A stretch of DNA of 64,000 nucleotides, taken from NCBI RefSeq assembly GCF_036321535.1, contig NC_087437.1:98954001-99018000 (forward strand), given 5' to 3'. Origin of the DNA: Camelus dromedarius. Taxonomy: Eukaryota. Below, piece after piece: positions 50,451 through 64,000 of the stretch (within the stretch, counting starts at the first letter, position 1; every line of letters starts with the position of its first letter). The position numbers were made by a program, and so were the translations under genes. The notes below the pieces were generated by a model. It made no database searches and was not told the origin of the DNA. It saw only the letters and a program-made list of their open reading frames with translations.

Positions 50451-51481
50451 GAAAATAGTATTTTTCTCATCTTCAGTCTCCTGCAGAACATCCTTTTCTT
50501 CATGTTTGCCCTTTTCTCTTAAAGGCATCCCCATCTTTTTTGGAGACCCAGTGATTTTTTTTTTTCCTCCAGCGCTCCCTCATCTCCCAGAACAACCGTT
50601 TAGTTTGCAGTTTTACCAGTTTTTAAATGCATGCCTTTTCCTTCAGTTGCTTTTGCCCTGGTATATACTCTTATTACAACTCTTCTCAATCTCTTGTTCA
50701 ACACTTTAACTCCTAACTCCCCAGAACAAAATTCTTTCTACTCATATCACTCCCTGCCTGTAAATCTTTGCTGGTGGTAAATATAAGGGTGGCTTATTAA
50801 AAGTAAAAAAGTGTTTCCCCTAAGTTTAGCCTTAAGTAGGTGAGGAAAATAGTGAAATAAGTTTTTTTTTCCTTCTAAAATCAGAATCTTTACGTACATT
50901 GTAGTTCAGTTAGATGATGGGCTGAGTTGGCTACTGTGAACTAGCTTGGAAGCCTCATGTCATTCAGTTTATCATTTTGATGAAGAAATGAATTTTGAGT
51001 GATAAACAATGAATGTTTGAAGTCTCATTTATTGTTAAGTTGATGACTTCCTCTATTTTGGATTTAGCAGAGAAATGTTTGGTAGTTTGTATGTAAGTTT
51101 TTAGAAAGTGACAGATTTATTAGGGTGAATGTTACGTTTTTGTATAGATATTTCTGACTTTACAGAAAAAAAGGTTTTAATTTAGTCAGTATTGAGTGTT
51201 AGAGGTTACTGTTTATAGGTTTTTGTAACATGTAATTTTCTGCAGTGTTACTCGGCTGACACTAACACACACGCTTGTGCCCTTGAGTTCTGTTCACACA
51301 AATACTAATACTGGAAGGAGAGTTGGTTAAAACAAAGTTTGGTGTTTTACCGAGGTCCTCTTTTGGCACAGATAGAAAAATATTCATAGTACTTTGGTAT
51401 TTGGATGGAATTTTCACAAAAGCTGAATTTTTATAATTTTTTCAATTAGAAATTTACTGCTAAGCTTATTCTCTGTTACTC

Positions 51482-51584
51482 TTTTTTTTTTTAAATCTTT
51501 TTTTAATGGAGGTACTGGGGATTGAACTCAGGACCACATACATGCTAAGCACGTGCTCTACCACTGAGCTGTTACCCTCCCTCC
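51482..51584 (-). mobile_element. tRNA-derived SINE (camelid vic-1-like), antisense
   Basis: Reverse complement reads gggagggtaacagctcagtggtagagcacgtgcttagc...gagttcaatccccagtacctcc plus A tail. Same family as the copy at 13157. Confidence 0.88.
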
Positions 51585-52006
51585 TGTTCCTTTTTGAATA
51601 AGCATATAAGAAAATGGTAGAGGACTAGTTTTCATTGTGAAATTGATAGCTCATTACACGTTTTACAGAAATTATTCCACTAAACTCCAGAAAAAGAAAA
51701 AATTCAGGGTTAAACATTCTATTAAAATAACATTTTACTTTCTTAATATTTGGTCTTAAAATTATATGTATTTGGTGTAAGAGTAGGTTATGATAGCCTT
51801 CTTTCAAGATGCTGTTTTATTCTGAAATATCCTGTGGGAAGAAGAAGCTTTATAAAGAAATGGAAGCATCATGGAGAAAATTATTGTAATTGTAGTGAAA
51901 CTATAAATAATAAATATACCTGCTCCATTACTTAAAGGAAAAAGTCCCAGCTATTCAGTTAAGGATTGATAGTGTGGGTCAGCTAACTTTTCTAGCATTA
52001 AAGACT

Positions 52007-52810
52007 GTTATTGCTTGTTTCTTCCTCCACTCACACGCATAGTACTTCTGACACCAGATATGTGGAGTTTTTTCCTCACACTGGACTTATTCTCTGCCAC
52101 TAGCTGGGTATCCAATTCAGTTCAGTTTTGACACCATCTACCTGGAGTTAGCATCAGACCCCACAGGTTAATTCTCAGTCCCACAAGATTGCCCCCACCT
52201 TAGATGCCAGTCATAAGTAATGGGTCCCCAGTTACCCACATTCTGTCTGACTTGGCTTACAAATCAGAGGTTTCCATGACTCCCTCCTCAAGTTTAGTAA
52301 TTTGCTTTAATGGCTCACAGAACTCAGAGAAACAAATACTGGTTTCTTCCATAACAAAGGCTGTGATAAAGGATACAGATGAAGAGGTATAAGAGCAAGG
52401 TCTGGAAGGATCCCAAGCACAGAAGTTTCTGTCCTGTAGAGTTGGGACGCACCACCCTCCCGGCATGTGGGTATGTTCGCTAACCTGGATACCGCCAAAC
52501 CTCATCCTATAGGGATTTTTATGGAGGTTTCATCAGGTAGGCCTGATCCATAATTAACTTAATCTCCAGTCTCATATCTCTCTGTAGGATGGGAGGTGGA
52601 GCTCAGAGTTCCAGTCTTATCATCATGATTTAGTCTTTCTGTTGATCAGTGTCTACCCTGAAGCTATACAGAAACCCCCCCAGAGTCACCTTCTTAGGAC
52701 GAAAGATGCTTCTGTCATATAGGAAATGCCAAGTGATAATGGGCACTCTGTGTCAGGAATTGGGTCAGAGACCAATATTAGAACAAAAGATGCTCCTAGC
52801 ATCTTTATTG
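52007..52810 (-). mobile_element. MER21-like ERVL LTR
   Basis: acttctgacaccaga...ttgacaccatctacctggagttagcatcagaccccacagg...agaacaaaagatgctcct. Confidence 0.7.
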
Positions 52811-52819
52811 GCCTACCTT

Positions 52820-53645
52820 GCTCTTTGAATGGATTGTTTGCCCATGTGTGATTTAATAACACCATGCTTTGGTAATTTGGAAAAGGTTTCCCTTCAAATG
52901 TTGGAAGAATGTCGACATTATAAAACAGATTGAAATTGTTGTTGTCACTTTATTTCACCAGAAAAGCCTTTAGTATTGGGAAGATATCAAACTCAGCGGT
53001 GGCAACAAGTTTTCCAAAGTTCTGATTTTTGCTTGAAAATTCCATACTAATCATTGGCAACAGATATGCTCATTTGTCTTTCAAATGATAGGCTCACTTT
53101 ATTTTTGAGACGATGTCTACCACATACTGAAGTCTAAATAACCATAGTTCGTAGTTTGTCAGTTGTCCTTTCAAGTAAAAATAGTGCTCCATGAGAAGTC
53201 ATCCAGTTCAGCTTGCGGCTCAAATACGGTACTGGTGTTTTTCCTTTAACAACTATGTGCTTTGGCTGCATAGCAGAATACTTCCTGTTTTGTACATAGA
53301 ATTAAAAGAACATGTAAAACCATGTTTGAGATTTAATAAAATTAACTTCTTTTTATCAAGGATTTAGGAGAGACTAGCTTTTTGTTGTTTGAATTTAGGT
53401 GTGCACAGTTGTGAGTAATATAATGAGTTGCTCACGTAACTTAGTGCTACTGACTTGATTTGTGCTAAGGTGCAGTGGTTTTTATACATTGTTGTTTTCC
53501 ATCATCACTGCAAAGCTGACCACAGTAGGAAAGGCAAATAACATCTTGTATTATTATGAGGATATTTTTTACTTAAGGAACCTCTTTCCTCATAGGATCA
53601 TTGGGGACCCCCAGAGATCCATGAACTACACTTGGAGAACTGCTA
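52820..53645. mobile_element. hAT-Charlie1-like DNA transposon fragment
   Basis: gaagtctaaataaccatagtt...ggaaaggcaaataacatctt...cacttggagaactgct terminus. Confidence 0.65.
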
Positions 53646-53849
53646 ATGTGGAAGAGAGACCACTGGGTTTAATAATTAGAAGACTTAAATTTGAAGCCTG
53701 TTCACCATTTTTTATTCTTATGATGTTAAACTTCATTTCTCACAGTTTCAGTTATTTTGCCTTGTGTTTTGCTTTTGTGTTGCTTGAGTTACAATTGCTA
53801 AATTATGAAAAGCTCTAAGTATAACTTGATGCTATTTCTAAATGAGTAT

Positions 53850-54530
53850 CTGTTCTAGCCGGTTTGGTTTACTTGTCAGTCATGAAAACAGTAAACACTC
53901 TAGTTTCAAAGAAGAAATTTAATACAGGGGAATAGGTTCTTAAAAAAAAAAAAAAAAGACCCACTGGAAGCACTGGAGGAGGGATCTCTAGCTCAGCCTT
54001 CTAAAATGACTTCCATATTCTTGCATGACAGGCCAGCCAGGGAAACTACTCCCTCTGCCAGTCAGGAAGCTAGGGAATTAGGAGGCTGCCTGTTGGACTG
54101 TAGAGCACAAGCACATGGCTCTGTAGCTGCAGCCCGGGGAACACGCTGCCAGGATTAGGTAACTGCCGCTAAGCCACGCCTGGACACTGGAATGCAGAGT
54201 CTAGTTACCACTTCTAGTCTATCTCGTGATGTCCCTGAAGCTGGGAATTGGATATTGGATTGATGCTGTGGAACAGCCTGCATCTGTTTTATCATGCTGG
54301 AAAAAACAGCCAAAAACAGCAGGATAGTGGCTCCCACTAATTTGTGCCTTCCAAATCTCATACTAGTGCATCCGATTGGTGGAACCTAAATTTTATCTAG
54401 AACCATAACTGTAAGTGAATCAGGAAAATAGGTTTGTTGTTTGTTTTAATCTTTCCAGCTTCTGTATTTGAAGAAAGCACACTCAGCATTTGAGAGAATG
54501 GAATCTGAGGGCTAATTGATATTGTCCCTA
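53850..54530. mobile_element. Old ERVL-type LTR remnant
   Basis: aatttaatacaggggaat...gcatccgattggtggaacctaaa motifs typical of old ERVL LTRs. Confidence 0.5.
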
Positions 54531-56208
54531 AAACCTGTTTTTCTGCTTCTTTGTGATTTTTAAGTTATTTTCTTTAATTCCATTATTGTCTCTTTACTCA
54601 CCAAAGTTCTAGTCATTATTTAATGACCAAAATAGTTCTCATTTTTATGAAGCCATTTCAGGCCTCTGTAGTCCTAGCTTCTTTACCATTATTTCAGCTG
54701 GAATGGATGACTACACCCATGTGAGACCCATCTACAGCTGTGATCTAGGTGGACTTGGATCTTGTAAACCAGACTTAGGAAACCATTGGCCTGCTGATAC
54801 ATGTCGGCATGCTCCATCATTTCAATTGCTGTATACCTCTGTTCTGCATTTTACTTGATTGAATTTTTGGACTCTGCTTATTACATTTTTATGAGATTTT
54901 ACTATGCTCTCTGAGAGCATTAAAAAAAAATCTTCCATGGCCAACTGTTATTTTTAATGTTTTATATATTCTTAGAAGCTACTTTATTGGAGGAAAAAAG
55001 TGTAAATAACAATAGAAGTAGACTTTTGAAACTATAAATATACATTATATCTTACTAAGTATGAAATACTTTTTTCAAGTAGTTATATATAACCCTGTAG
55101 CCAGATGGTAAAATGCAGGCACCTTATCTCCCGTCCCCTACCCCTTTTTATTTATTTCCCTCTTGGAAAATTCTAAGATTACAAAGAACAAAATAATTTT
55201 CACATGTCTCAATATAAATAAACAAAATATATATAAAACTTGGCTAAAATACCAACAAGTGTAATCCTAACTATGCAAAGATAGGGTAGTGACAGCTATC
55301 CTGTCTCTTTCTTATCCTGTTATTTTATAATCTTCTTACCAATGTGTTATGATCCGTCCTTGTTTAAATGATAATAGGGCTATTATTGACATCTTTTGGG
55401 TTAAAGAAATTGATGTATAATGGGGAACTGGAATAAAAAAGAATTTTTCTAAAGGTGATAGTTGTAGCCTTTAATGTTTGGAAAAAGAATATTTGAAGCA
55501 TCAAGACTTTAATTTTATTTTAACAAAAGGAACTAGTGTTATTTATTTGTATTTTTTTGTGTGTGAAAAGAAAACTTTTTTAAGTTAAAAGGTCTGCATG
55601 GTAGAAAATAGAAAGCGAAAGATCCTTATACTTCTTTCTCCCATAACCCTCCTCATCAAAATTAACCACTGTTAACAGTTTTATACATTCTTCTAGACTT
55701 AAAAAAAAAAGTGTATATAAATAAAAATAAATAAATAAATAGAAATAAACCATTTTTGAGCGCTCAGTTAACTATTACACTTTGATAGGTAATATCTACC
55801 ATTGTATGGATGAAATGTAATGTGTATGTATTTGGGTTAAGTTCAGAGAGCATAAATGTAAGTGTTTAATTATGTTGATTTAAATTTTTGTTGATAAAGA
55901 ACCTGTTTTTAGCAGTCTTTCTGCTTACTAGTTTTTAATCAGAGACTTAGTAAATATTGAGATTCCTCTTTAATGAAAAATGCTTATCCTCTTATTACTT
56001 TAGGTGTGCTTTATAGAGAAGAACATTGTTTCAAAGTATAACTGATTTAAAATGTGTCTGCATTCTCTTCAGAGAGGCTCTTATACAGAAATAAGTTAAT
56101 GCTGACTTTGATTTGAAAAGGTATATCGGGTATCAAATCTCCATGATTAGAATTACCTTTCATCTTGTTTAACTTTTGATTTTGAGAAAAATAGTTTTTG
56201 CTTTTCAG

Positions 56209-56332
56209 ATGTGATTGATCTCACTGGAGATGATAAAGATGATCTTCAGAGAGCAATTGCCTTGAGTTTGGCGGAATCAAACAGGGCATTCAGGGAGACT
56301 GGAATAACTGATGAGGAGCAAGCCATTAGCAG
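56209..56332 (+). CDS. USP25: USP25 coding exon 4 ([42 protein letters not shown]): SIM, K99, UIM1, start of UIM2
   Basis: tttttgcttttcag| acceptor, 124 nt, AG|gtaaaa donor. Contains the VIDL SUMO-interacting motif and the [15 protein letters not shown] consensus. Later exons lie beyond the window. Confidence 0.97.
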
Positions 56333-56657
56333 GTAAAAACGTAATTTGTATAAAGTAGATGTAAGTACTATTTACAGTAGCAATAATAATTGGGTTTAAT
56401 TAATTTTAAGAGGCACAAAGATACACTTTGCTATTCTAAATAAACTATTAATAAACTTCAGTATTGTTTTTATGTTTTATTTAACCAAAATTTTTATATT
56501 CTAGACCCCATTGCGTTTGAACCTTAGATTTTTAGGACTTTGGAGTGGCATCTTGGGGCATTGAATTTAGGTGTATATTTTAATTTTTTTTAATTTTCTT
56601 TTGTCACCCTAATCCCTTTTGGATGCATTGTCCGATTCAATTTATAGTTACTTATAG

Positions 56658-56880
56658 CAGGGGTCAGCAGACTTTTTCTGTAAGGGGCCAGTAGTAAATA
56701 CTTTAGGCTTTGTTGGCCATATGGTTTCTGTTGTAGTCACTTAACTCTGGTGTTGCAGTGTGAAAGCAGCCATAGATAATACATAATTTAATGAGTTTGG
56801 CTGTGTTCCAATAAATCTTGATTTACAAAAACAGGCTGCCATCTGGATTTGGCCCATGGGCCATCTTTTGCTAACCTCTG
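56658..56880. mobile_element. MER58A-like hAT element
   Basis: Terminal inverted repeats caggggtcagca...tgctaacctctg, and internal ggctgtgttccaataaa. Confidence 0.85.
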
Positions 56881-59559
56881 ATCTATAATATGATAGCATA
56901 TTTATAGTTGTTTTTTTTTTTAAGAAATAGGCAAGATTCCAAGATGTGTGATAAAATGCATATTTTGATTTATTAACCAAAACTTTTTAGTTTGAAACAA
57001 TTTGATCCACCAAAGGATCAAATAAATTTGATTTAAAAAAACCTTTAAACTATAACTATAATCTTCTGAACAACCCTTTGGAGGCAGTGGTAGCTTTATC
57101 TTACTGAATAAGAAATTTATCTTGTAAGAGGTTAAATGATTTTTCAGAGATACACAGTGAAGATGAGTCTTATGACTCCAGGGTTCTTTTTCCTTTAACG
57201 GAGTTGTTTGGTAACAGAATGTACCAGCTTTCTCAGATAATTTCCCTTGGCGCAGTATCGGTAGTATATTTCTTTCTAAGTAATCTGAGGTTACCGTATA
57301 TTAGGAGATGTCTCAAAATGCTCTGTTTAGCAAAGGCACATGATTTTTCATAGCAATATTTTTTAATGTCTTTAAATATTACTTTGGAAACTGCTTTGTA
57401 AGATATTAAGGTATCTTAATTAAAATCCATTGTTCTCTTTATTTGTGGCTAGTATTATCTAATGCCAGTAATTTTAAATGAAAACCAAAAGTGCATACAC
57501 TCTTTTTAGACATTTTAGTTAGGTTTATTTTGTGAAGGATTTGGAGAAATTATAAAGTTAGCTTTTGTCTTATAAAAATGGATTGGAATGAAATAATTGT
57601 CTTGAATAATTATAAAATTTGATAATACTTAAGCTTCGATGAGAAATATTTTAAACATGAAATACATTAGTTGAATTTGTATTTAAGGAGAAAGATGATC
57701 TGTTATATGAGAAAGAAGTTATAAAATAGAGTATATACTATGATACAAATATTTTTGAAAGTGTATGTATGTTCTTGTGTATATGAATTTGTATTAGTAT
57801 ACAAATAGAAAAAAGTCTGGAGGCTTACGTACCAAATAATATTAGTAGTTCTACATCATGTGTTTTCTAATTAAAACAACATGTACTAATTAGAGAATAA
57901 GTAAAAAAAGAACTTTAAAGTCGAGGAATTAAGACTATTCCTAATCTTGATTACGTTCAGTATATGTTGCATATTTTTTAAGATAGTAATTTTTGTCCAA
58001 AATGGAAAAAAATTTCTTTAAGATAATGCACTTTTTTAGTTTTGATCTTTTAATTTTAATGTAATCTTAAAATAGTAAATTTGTTATAGATGATTTTACT
58101 ATAGATAACATTATGGAGATTGACATATTGAAATATGATTTAAGATTTTACATAAAATTATACACTGTACAAGTAAAAAGTCATATTAATTTACTGTTGA
58201 AAATGTAATTTTTTTATTGGTATGTGTAGATTTTATAATAAACAGTTAACAAAAATGTTAAATGCAAAATGTGCAGTAAATAAACACATTAGAAATAAGA
58301 GAATATGAGAATTCTCATTAAACATTAGACAAATAAAAAATTCCAGTGGGTTTTATTAAGGGTTTGGAGTCTAAATTCGGTTTTATTAAGGGTTTAGAGT
58401 CTAAATTCAAAAGGGAAATGATGAATTTTTTAAGAAAAACATTTTTATTTTATGCTTAAAGTAAATTTAACAATTTACTCATTACCTAAGTTCAGATGAC
58501 AAAGTCTTGCCAAGTAAAATCCTAGAATCACTTGACTGTGGTTATATTTCAGTAGACATACTTTTAACTTGAATTTATACATTTGGAATACTATGTTAAT
58601 TGTGTATAATTGGAAGAGATAAAACCTATCTTTTCATGTCTTACAATCCTGTATTTAGACATCTGTAAATTTCATGGTAAAATTTTTTAAGTTGAACATA
58701 TTTAAAGTATACGTCTTAATATTAATTACTCCTTAATGTCAGGATTGGATGTACTTTTTTATCATTATCTCTTACGTATCACTGCTCAAACAGGGAACAG
58801 GTAGAGTGTGGATACTTGAAATTTGTTAATAAACTGCCTGTGGTTGGTCAGTTTGTGTCTGGCATATTGTGAAAATCACTTGCCTCATGAAATAGCTTTG
58901 AATTATTTGGGTAGAGCTAGGGCTAGGTTCTAGATAAAATTGTTAGAAGGAGCACACCTCCAACTATTTCAAGAAATATAGTAGATGAAAACACATTTTG
59001 TAGTGGGAACAACCAGAATGTATTGTTTCTGTTGGGTATAAAATTTTTGTAAGATCTCTTGAAAGTATTACAGAACTGTTAAGATAATAGGGACTATAAT
59101 CAGAATAAACCAAAGTGAAAGCAGGAACCCAAAGAAGTAAGCTTGGAACACTGAAATTCACTTTTTGACATGATGAAATATCCTTTGTGTATAAACTTGA
59201 ACTTTGATTTTGATGTCCTTGTTGAATGTGGGATGTGGGGAAAAGGCAAATGTCATTGTCTATGTTAGATGGGGAGCTTTAATAGGAAATCATTTCCCTC
59301 ATAAAGTGATTATGTCAGTGGATGACATTCACAATAAGGGTAAATCAGAAGTCTCCCCTCGCCAACCTCTAGAACACTGCAGAGATAGTTGCCTTGGCTC
59401 TGAGGAGTGCTGTTGGAGGTGATGAGATCTGTCCCTGAGAAGTGATACCATGATTGTGCAGCTGCAATTTGTATCACTTTCAAATAAAGTGGTTCAGTGA
59501 ATCTCAACTTGCAAAAGAACTGAAAATATCTTCTGGAAATGAACATAGGAATTACTAAA

Positions 59560-60060
59560 GTGGAAAAGAAAGGAAAACAAAACACAGGTTTAATAGATTA
59601 GAAGCAGCTAAAGAACATATTAGTAGAATGTAAGATATATGAGAAGAAATTATCCAACCTGTAACAAATAAGATAAATACAGAGAAAGGTTGAACAACAT
59701 GGAGAATAAAATGAGTACGTCTAACATTCATTAATTGGTGTTACAGTAGAGGAAGAAGTGGATCAGAGGCAAAATTTAAAGAGAGAATCACAGAATTTTT
59801 AGAAGTGAAAAGAAAACTTATTTCACAAAGTCTGACAAATTTCAGAAAAATTAAGTAACCCACACTGTAATTCATTATAGTGATACTCCAGAACACTTAG
59901 GACTGAAACAGTCTTAAAAGTACTCCAAGAAAAAAGGTAGAGTTATCCTAAAATTAGTGAAAGTGACAAATTGACACATCAGCATCAGTAAGGCATATGA
60001 AAATAATGATTTTCAACAAATGGAAGGACAGTAACTATCAGAATTCTATACTCAGTAAAA
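59560..60060 (+). mobile_element. Ancient L1/HAL1 ORF1 remnant
   Basis: A-rich ORF1-like sequence (tctaacattcattaattggtgtt; gaattctatactcagtaaaa, resembling RILYPAK). Confidence 0.55.
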
Positions 60061-60499
60061 GTGTGTGGTTTAGTCTCACCAGGGCATTTTTCTCTGTCAT
60101 TAAGGCTCCACGATCAGTTCCGAAAGACGAAGATTATTAGTGTTCCTCATGTTTCCGTATCTAACGTCCCCTATACACACAGATATGCCGGGGTTGTACT
60201 GCCTCCACTGCTGCAAAATCCATGTGTCCCATTCTACTAGTTGTCACTTTACTTTTTTCCCAGTTATTTCCTTCTTGCACCTGACCTTTCATTCCGAAGG
60301 GCAGGTACGAGGGAAACAATAGCATTTTTATAAAATTTACCTCGACTCATTGTGCCTCCCACTTTGGCCTACATGGGCCACCGTAGAGGAACTGCGTGAG
60401 CAGTGTACTCAACCAAGTAATCATTATTTTTACACTCTAAGGCCATTCAGTCTTACAAGGAAATCTAGGTGTCTGAATTGGAATTAAGTTTGGGAGCCA

Positions 60500-61300
60500 T
60501 CTGGGGGATTTACTAACCAAGACAATCTAGAGTGGCCATTAGGGAAACAAAAAAGCAACATGTCCAGCAATGGTTGGGGCAGAATTCTGAAGTTTTAAAA
60601 TAGGTCTCTGTAGCTCTCACTCTTTTTATCCTGATTGTTAATCTTGGAAGCAGCCATGAGGGGAAACTGCCTTAAGATGTGTGGAACCAGAATAAGTGAG
60701 GGAGTCAATTACAAATCTTTTTAAGTTGATTTGTAAGGATAATTTTAAGGCTCAGTAATATCAGATGCCCATGGATGGTAGGGAGCATAGAGGTCCATGC
60801 AGTGCTTTGACTATCATTCCATTTTTGAGTGGCTTTTATGATAAAAGGTACATCATTGTCAGATCACAAGTTGTCTGGAAAAATTGAAAATAATGGAACA
60901 TTAGTTTCAAGGGCCACAGAAGTGTGGCCAGAATTGGCTGATCAGAGTAGAACAGCAACACTGTAACTGGAAAAAGTGATAATGATGAGAAACCACTGAT
61001 AGTCCCAAGAAGGGACAATCCTAGAGTGAGGATTGGGAAGTGGTTGAACGTCCAGTGTAGTCAGTCTACTAGGAGTGGGCAAGAGCCACATCCAATACAA
61101 TGCGGCCTTCCTCACCACAAGAAAAAGGTCAGCTTTTGGCAGGTGTTACATGTCTAGCATGCACTGGTAGCCTCTGTGTCAGAAACACAGAGTTCCTTCA
61201 TTTGTAGTCAGTATACAATTGTGGGCAAATTGCCTTATTGGATATGATAGATTGCAGCACTAGTGATAATCTGTGTGGTACAAGTTTGACGAGTCACCTA
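60500..61300 (-). mobile_element. ERVL-like (class III ERV) pol remnant, mainly integrase
   Basis: Minus-strand translation in the correct order: CNTC zinc-finger half (61150-61139), *TDYTG (WQIDYIG-like), SYSVAVLL*SANSGHT, SDND (60863-60852, SDNG-like), TQKW, PYHP (60783-60772), NQLKK. Disrupted by stops and frameshifts. Confidence 0.8.
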
Positions 61301-61319
61301 ATTAGAGAAGAGCCACCAC

Positions 61320-62290
61320 TATCCAACACTAAAATGAAAAAGACTGACAGTACCAAGTATTGGCAAGCATGCAGAGCAACTGGAAGTGTCATATAATGTT
61401 GGTTAGAGTGTATACTGGTATAGCCATTTTGGAAAACTGGGAATTTCTAATAATACTATTCTATGACTTAGCATTTCCACTCCTGGATATAGACCTTCGA
61501 GAAAGGAGTGCATAGTGCCTTTATTAATAATAACTAAAACCTGTAAGCAACCAAATATGTATAAGAGCAGGTTGGTAAACAATAGTATATTCACATGGTG
61601 GAATACTAAGCAATGTAATAGAAACCATTTTCTAAAAACATTAAACATTTTTTAAAAAATGTGAAGGGATCCGCAGAATAACACGTTGAGTGAAAAATAT
61701 TTGACACAAAAGAGTAACTGCTGTGTGATTCCATTTATGTGATATTTAAGGACAGGCAGAAGTAATTTATGGTATCAGAATGTTGATTATCTGAGGACTG
61801 GACAGGACACTGTTGAAAAAGGATATAAGAAAATTTTCTGGAATAATAGTAATTTTCTGTATCTTGATTTGCATGGTGGTTACATGGTAAAAATTTCACT
61901 GAACTATACATTTAAGATTTGTATATTATATCTCAATAAAATACTCTTATCAGGAAAAATGTATCTAGCTATGTTAATTGATAATCAACATACAAAAATT
62001 ACATTTTTTTATGTATAAGAAAGAATGATAAGGAGAAAATTTTAAAAAACTACCATTTATAACTCTAAACTATAAAGACCAGGAATAAATCTAATAAGAA
62101 ATGTGCAAAAACTTCCAAGAAGAAAATTAGTAAGCATCATTGAGACACATTAATGAATATGGAAATAATTGGTAATATATTGTATTTCACAAATTGGAGG
62201 ACTGAACCTTATAAAACTGGTCAGATCTCCTTATATTGACTTAGGAGTTTAGTGTGATCCCAGTCATAATACCAGTAGATTTTTGTTTTT
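61320..62290 (+). mobile_element. Old L1 (L1M-type) fragments
   Basis: aaaaagactgacagtaccaagtattggcaag...tgattccatttatgtga...ggtggttacatgg, then an ORF2-like piece. Confidence 0.75.
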
Positions 62291-64000
62291 TTAAGGAAAT
62301 CCTCCCTTTCTTCCATCCATCCACCCTCCCTCCCTGCTATAATGCAATTTAAATAACAAAATAAAATAAGCAAAAAAAAATCCTCTAAATCAGTACAATA
62401 ACATTTTACTGGGAACGTGAACATATACCGTAAGTGCTTTAAAGATTCAGTATAGTGTGTGGAAGGAAGAGAGACAGCAAAACATTTTGTCATCTTTCTT
62501 TATTGTTGAATGCCATGGTTATGACTAGTGTTGGGAAGATAAGGTGATTGTGGTTGGGGTTGGTTTTTGATTTGTGACGGTTGGGGTTGCCTTTCTTGGT
62601 GTGCTGCATTTTGTTAAAAGCTATTTCTGAGCTCTGAGATTTGCAGTATGAACTCTCTCTCTCTCTACTGGCATGCCTTAATATCTGGAATGTAGCTATT
62701 GCATACTTTACACTGTAAAGTCTGGGTAGAATCATTGGCTTTACTTTAGTGAGGCCAGGGAAGGAACCCTTATGAGGATGTGGCTTTATAGAAAGTTTAT
62801 ATTTATTATGCTAGTACTGGAATATAGAAAGGGTCAAGGGCTTTGAAATGGAGGGCTCCTATTTGGGCTAGAGGTTGGACTTTTGCCCCAAAAACCCCCC
62901 CCAAAACAAAAAACCCCAAAGCGGTAGTAACATCTAATATTTTAATCACCCATTTGTTTCAAACACTTGTTTAGTCCTTAGTAGTTATGGTGCATGCTCT
63001 AGGGATGAAATAAGTCCATGTTCCTACCCTCCAGATGCTGGTGGGAGAGACTGATTAATAATTTTGTGCCATGTAATAAAGGAGTTTATAAAGTCCTTTA
63101 ATTGAAAGAAGGAGATGATAAAAGGAAACCTACTGAAGCATGCTGTACGTCCCTGGTAATAATAATAAAAAAAAAAATCTCAGTATATTATAAGCTCTAA
63201 ATCAAGGAGCTCACAAAATCACGGCATTCTTTCATCCACCATTTTTTAGTACCATAGTTCTACCATACTATATTATGGTTAAAGAATATTATAATAAATC
63301 TACTTCTTTAAAATCCATACTTTTATTATAATACATCTACCATATGACTGAATTGTTATGTGCATATTTAATTTTATACATTTAATTATGTATATACACA
63401 TGCCAAGAATAAATAGGATTTAGGAAGTGGCTACTTTTCAAAAATTTTCTATCTTAGGTCACTTTGAGGAGCATTGAGCATGTATGTATGTCTTGAGCCC
63501 TACTCAGTTATTAACAATTTGTACCTAATCTTACCTCTATAAGGAAAGGTGTATAGGAGTATTGGGGAGATGGTGTCTTTAGTTTATATCCTTGACTTTC
63601 TTTACCTCCCAGTTTCCTTTGTGGAATAGTATAACAAACTGCAGGGAAGCTGCTTGGTCCTAGAGGTACATTTGAGGCCATCCGTTCTCCCAAGAGTAGA
63701 GAAGGGAACTAAAACGCTTATGTTATCTCAGCACATTTAATGTAATGTTTCCATACAACATAAAAATCAAGAGGTATGCTTTCTTGGTGGGAGGGATCTG
63801 AAGAGAAGGATGTTAGAATTTCCTATATTGAAACATTAGAAAAATACTTCTGGTTTTTATAATCTTAACTAGATCTAGGATAAGAAGAATATATATCATT
63901 TCAGGGCTGTCTATATCATAGATTTGGGGTAGGTTGTTAACACTTTTGGGGAACATAAGACCTAGTTTTACTCAATGTGGTCTTGAGGCTGAGTCTCATT

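Noticed and set aside
50084..50503. 139-aa minus-strand ORF
   Set aside because: It lies within an L2 remnant and is a chance ORF.

Overview
Mammalian genomic DNA, most likely a camelid, judged from vic-1-like tRNA-derived SINEs and cetartiodactyl-type L1 3' ends. The window holds about 21 kb of upstream intergenic DNA, the CpG-island promoter and the first four coding exons of USP25 on the + strand (codons 1-131: UBA, SIM, UIM1 and the start of UIM2). The gene continues past the right edge. The rest is mostly old interspersed repeats (L1, L2, MIR, MaLR/ERVL LTRs, hAT MERs) plus an ERVL-like integrase remnant. Almost all ORFs in the supplied track are spurious. The most notable finding is a ~0.95 kb decayed element about 12 kb upstream of USP25 (minus strand, ~9088-10035). 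Its translation resembles bornavirus proteins in genome order: a possible P C-terminus, matrix M, the glycoprotein G N-terminus, then the polymerase L N-terminus. It ends in an A-rich tail and has a candidate target-site duplication. I read it as a candidate endogenous bornavirus-like element copied from a spliced viral mRNA. All protein and repeat-family comparisons were made by eye against remembered sequences and need database confirmation.
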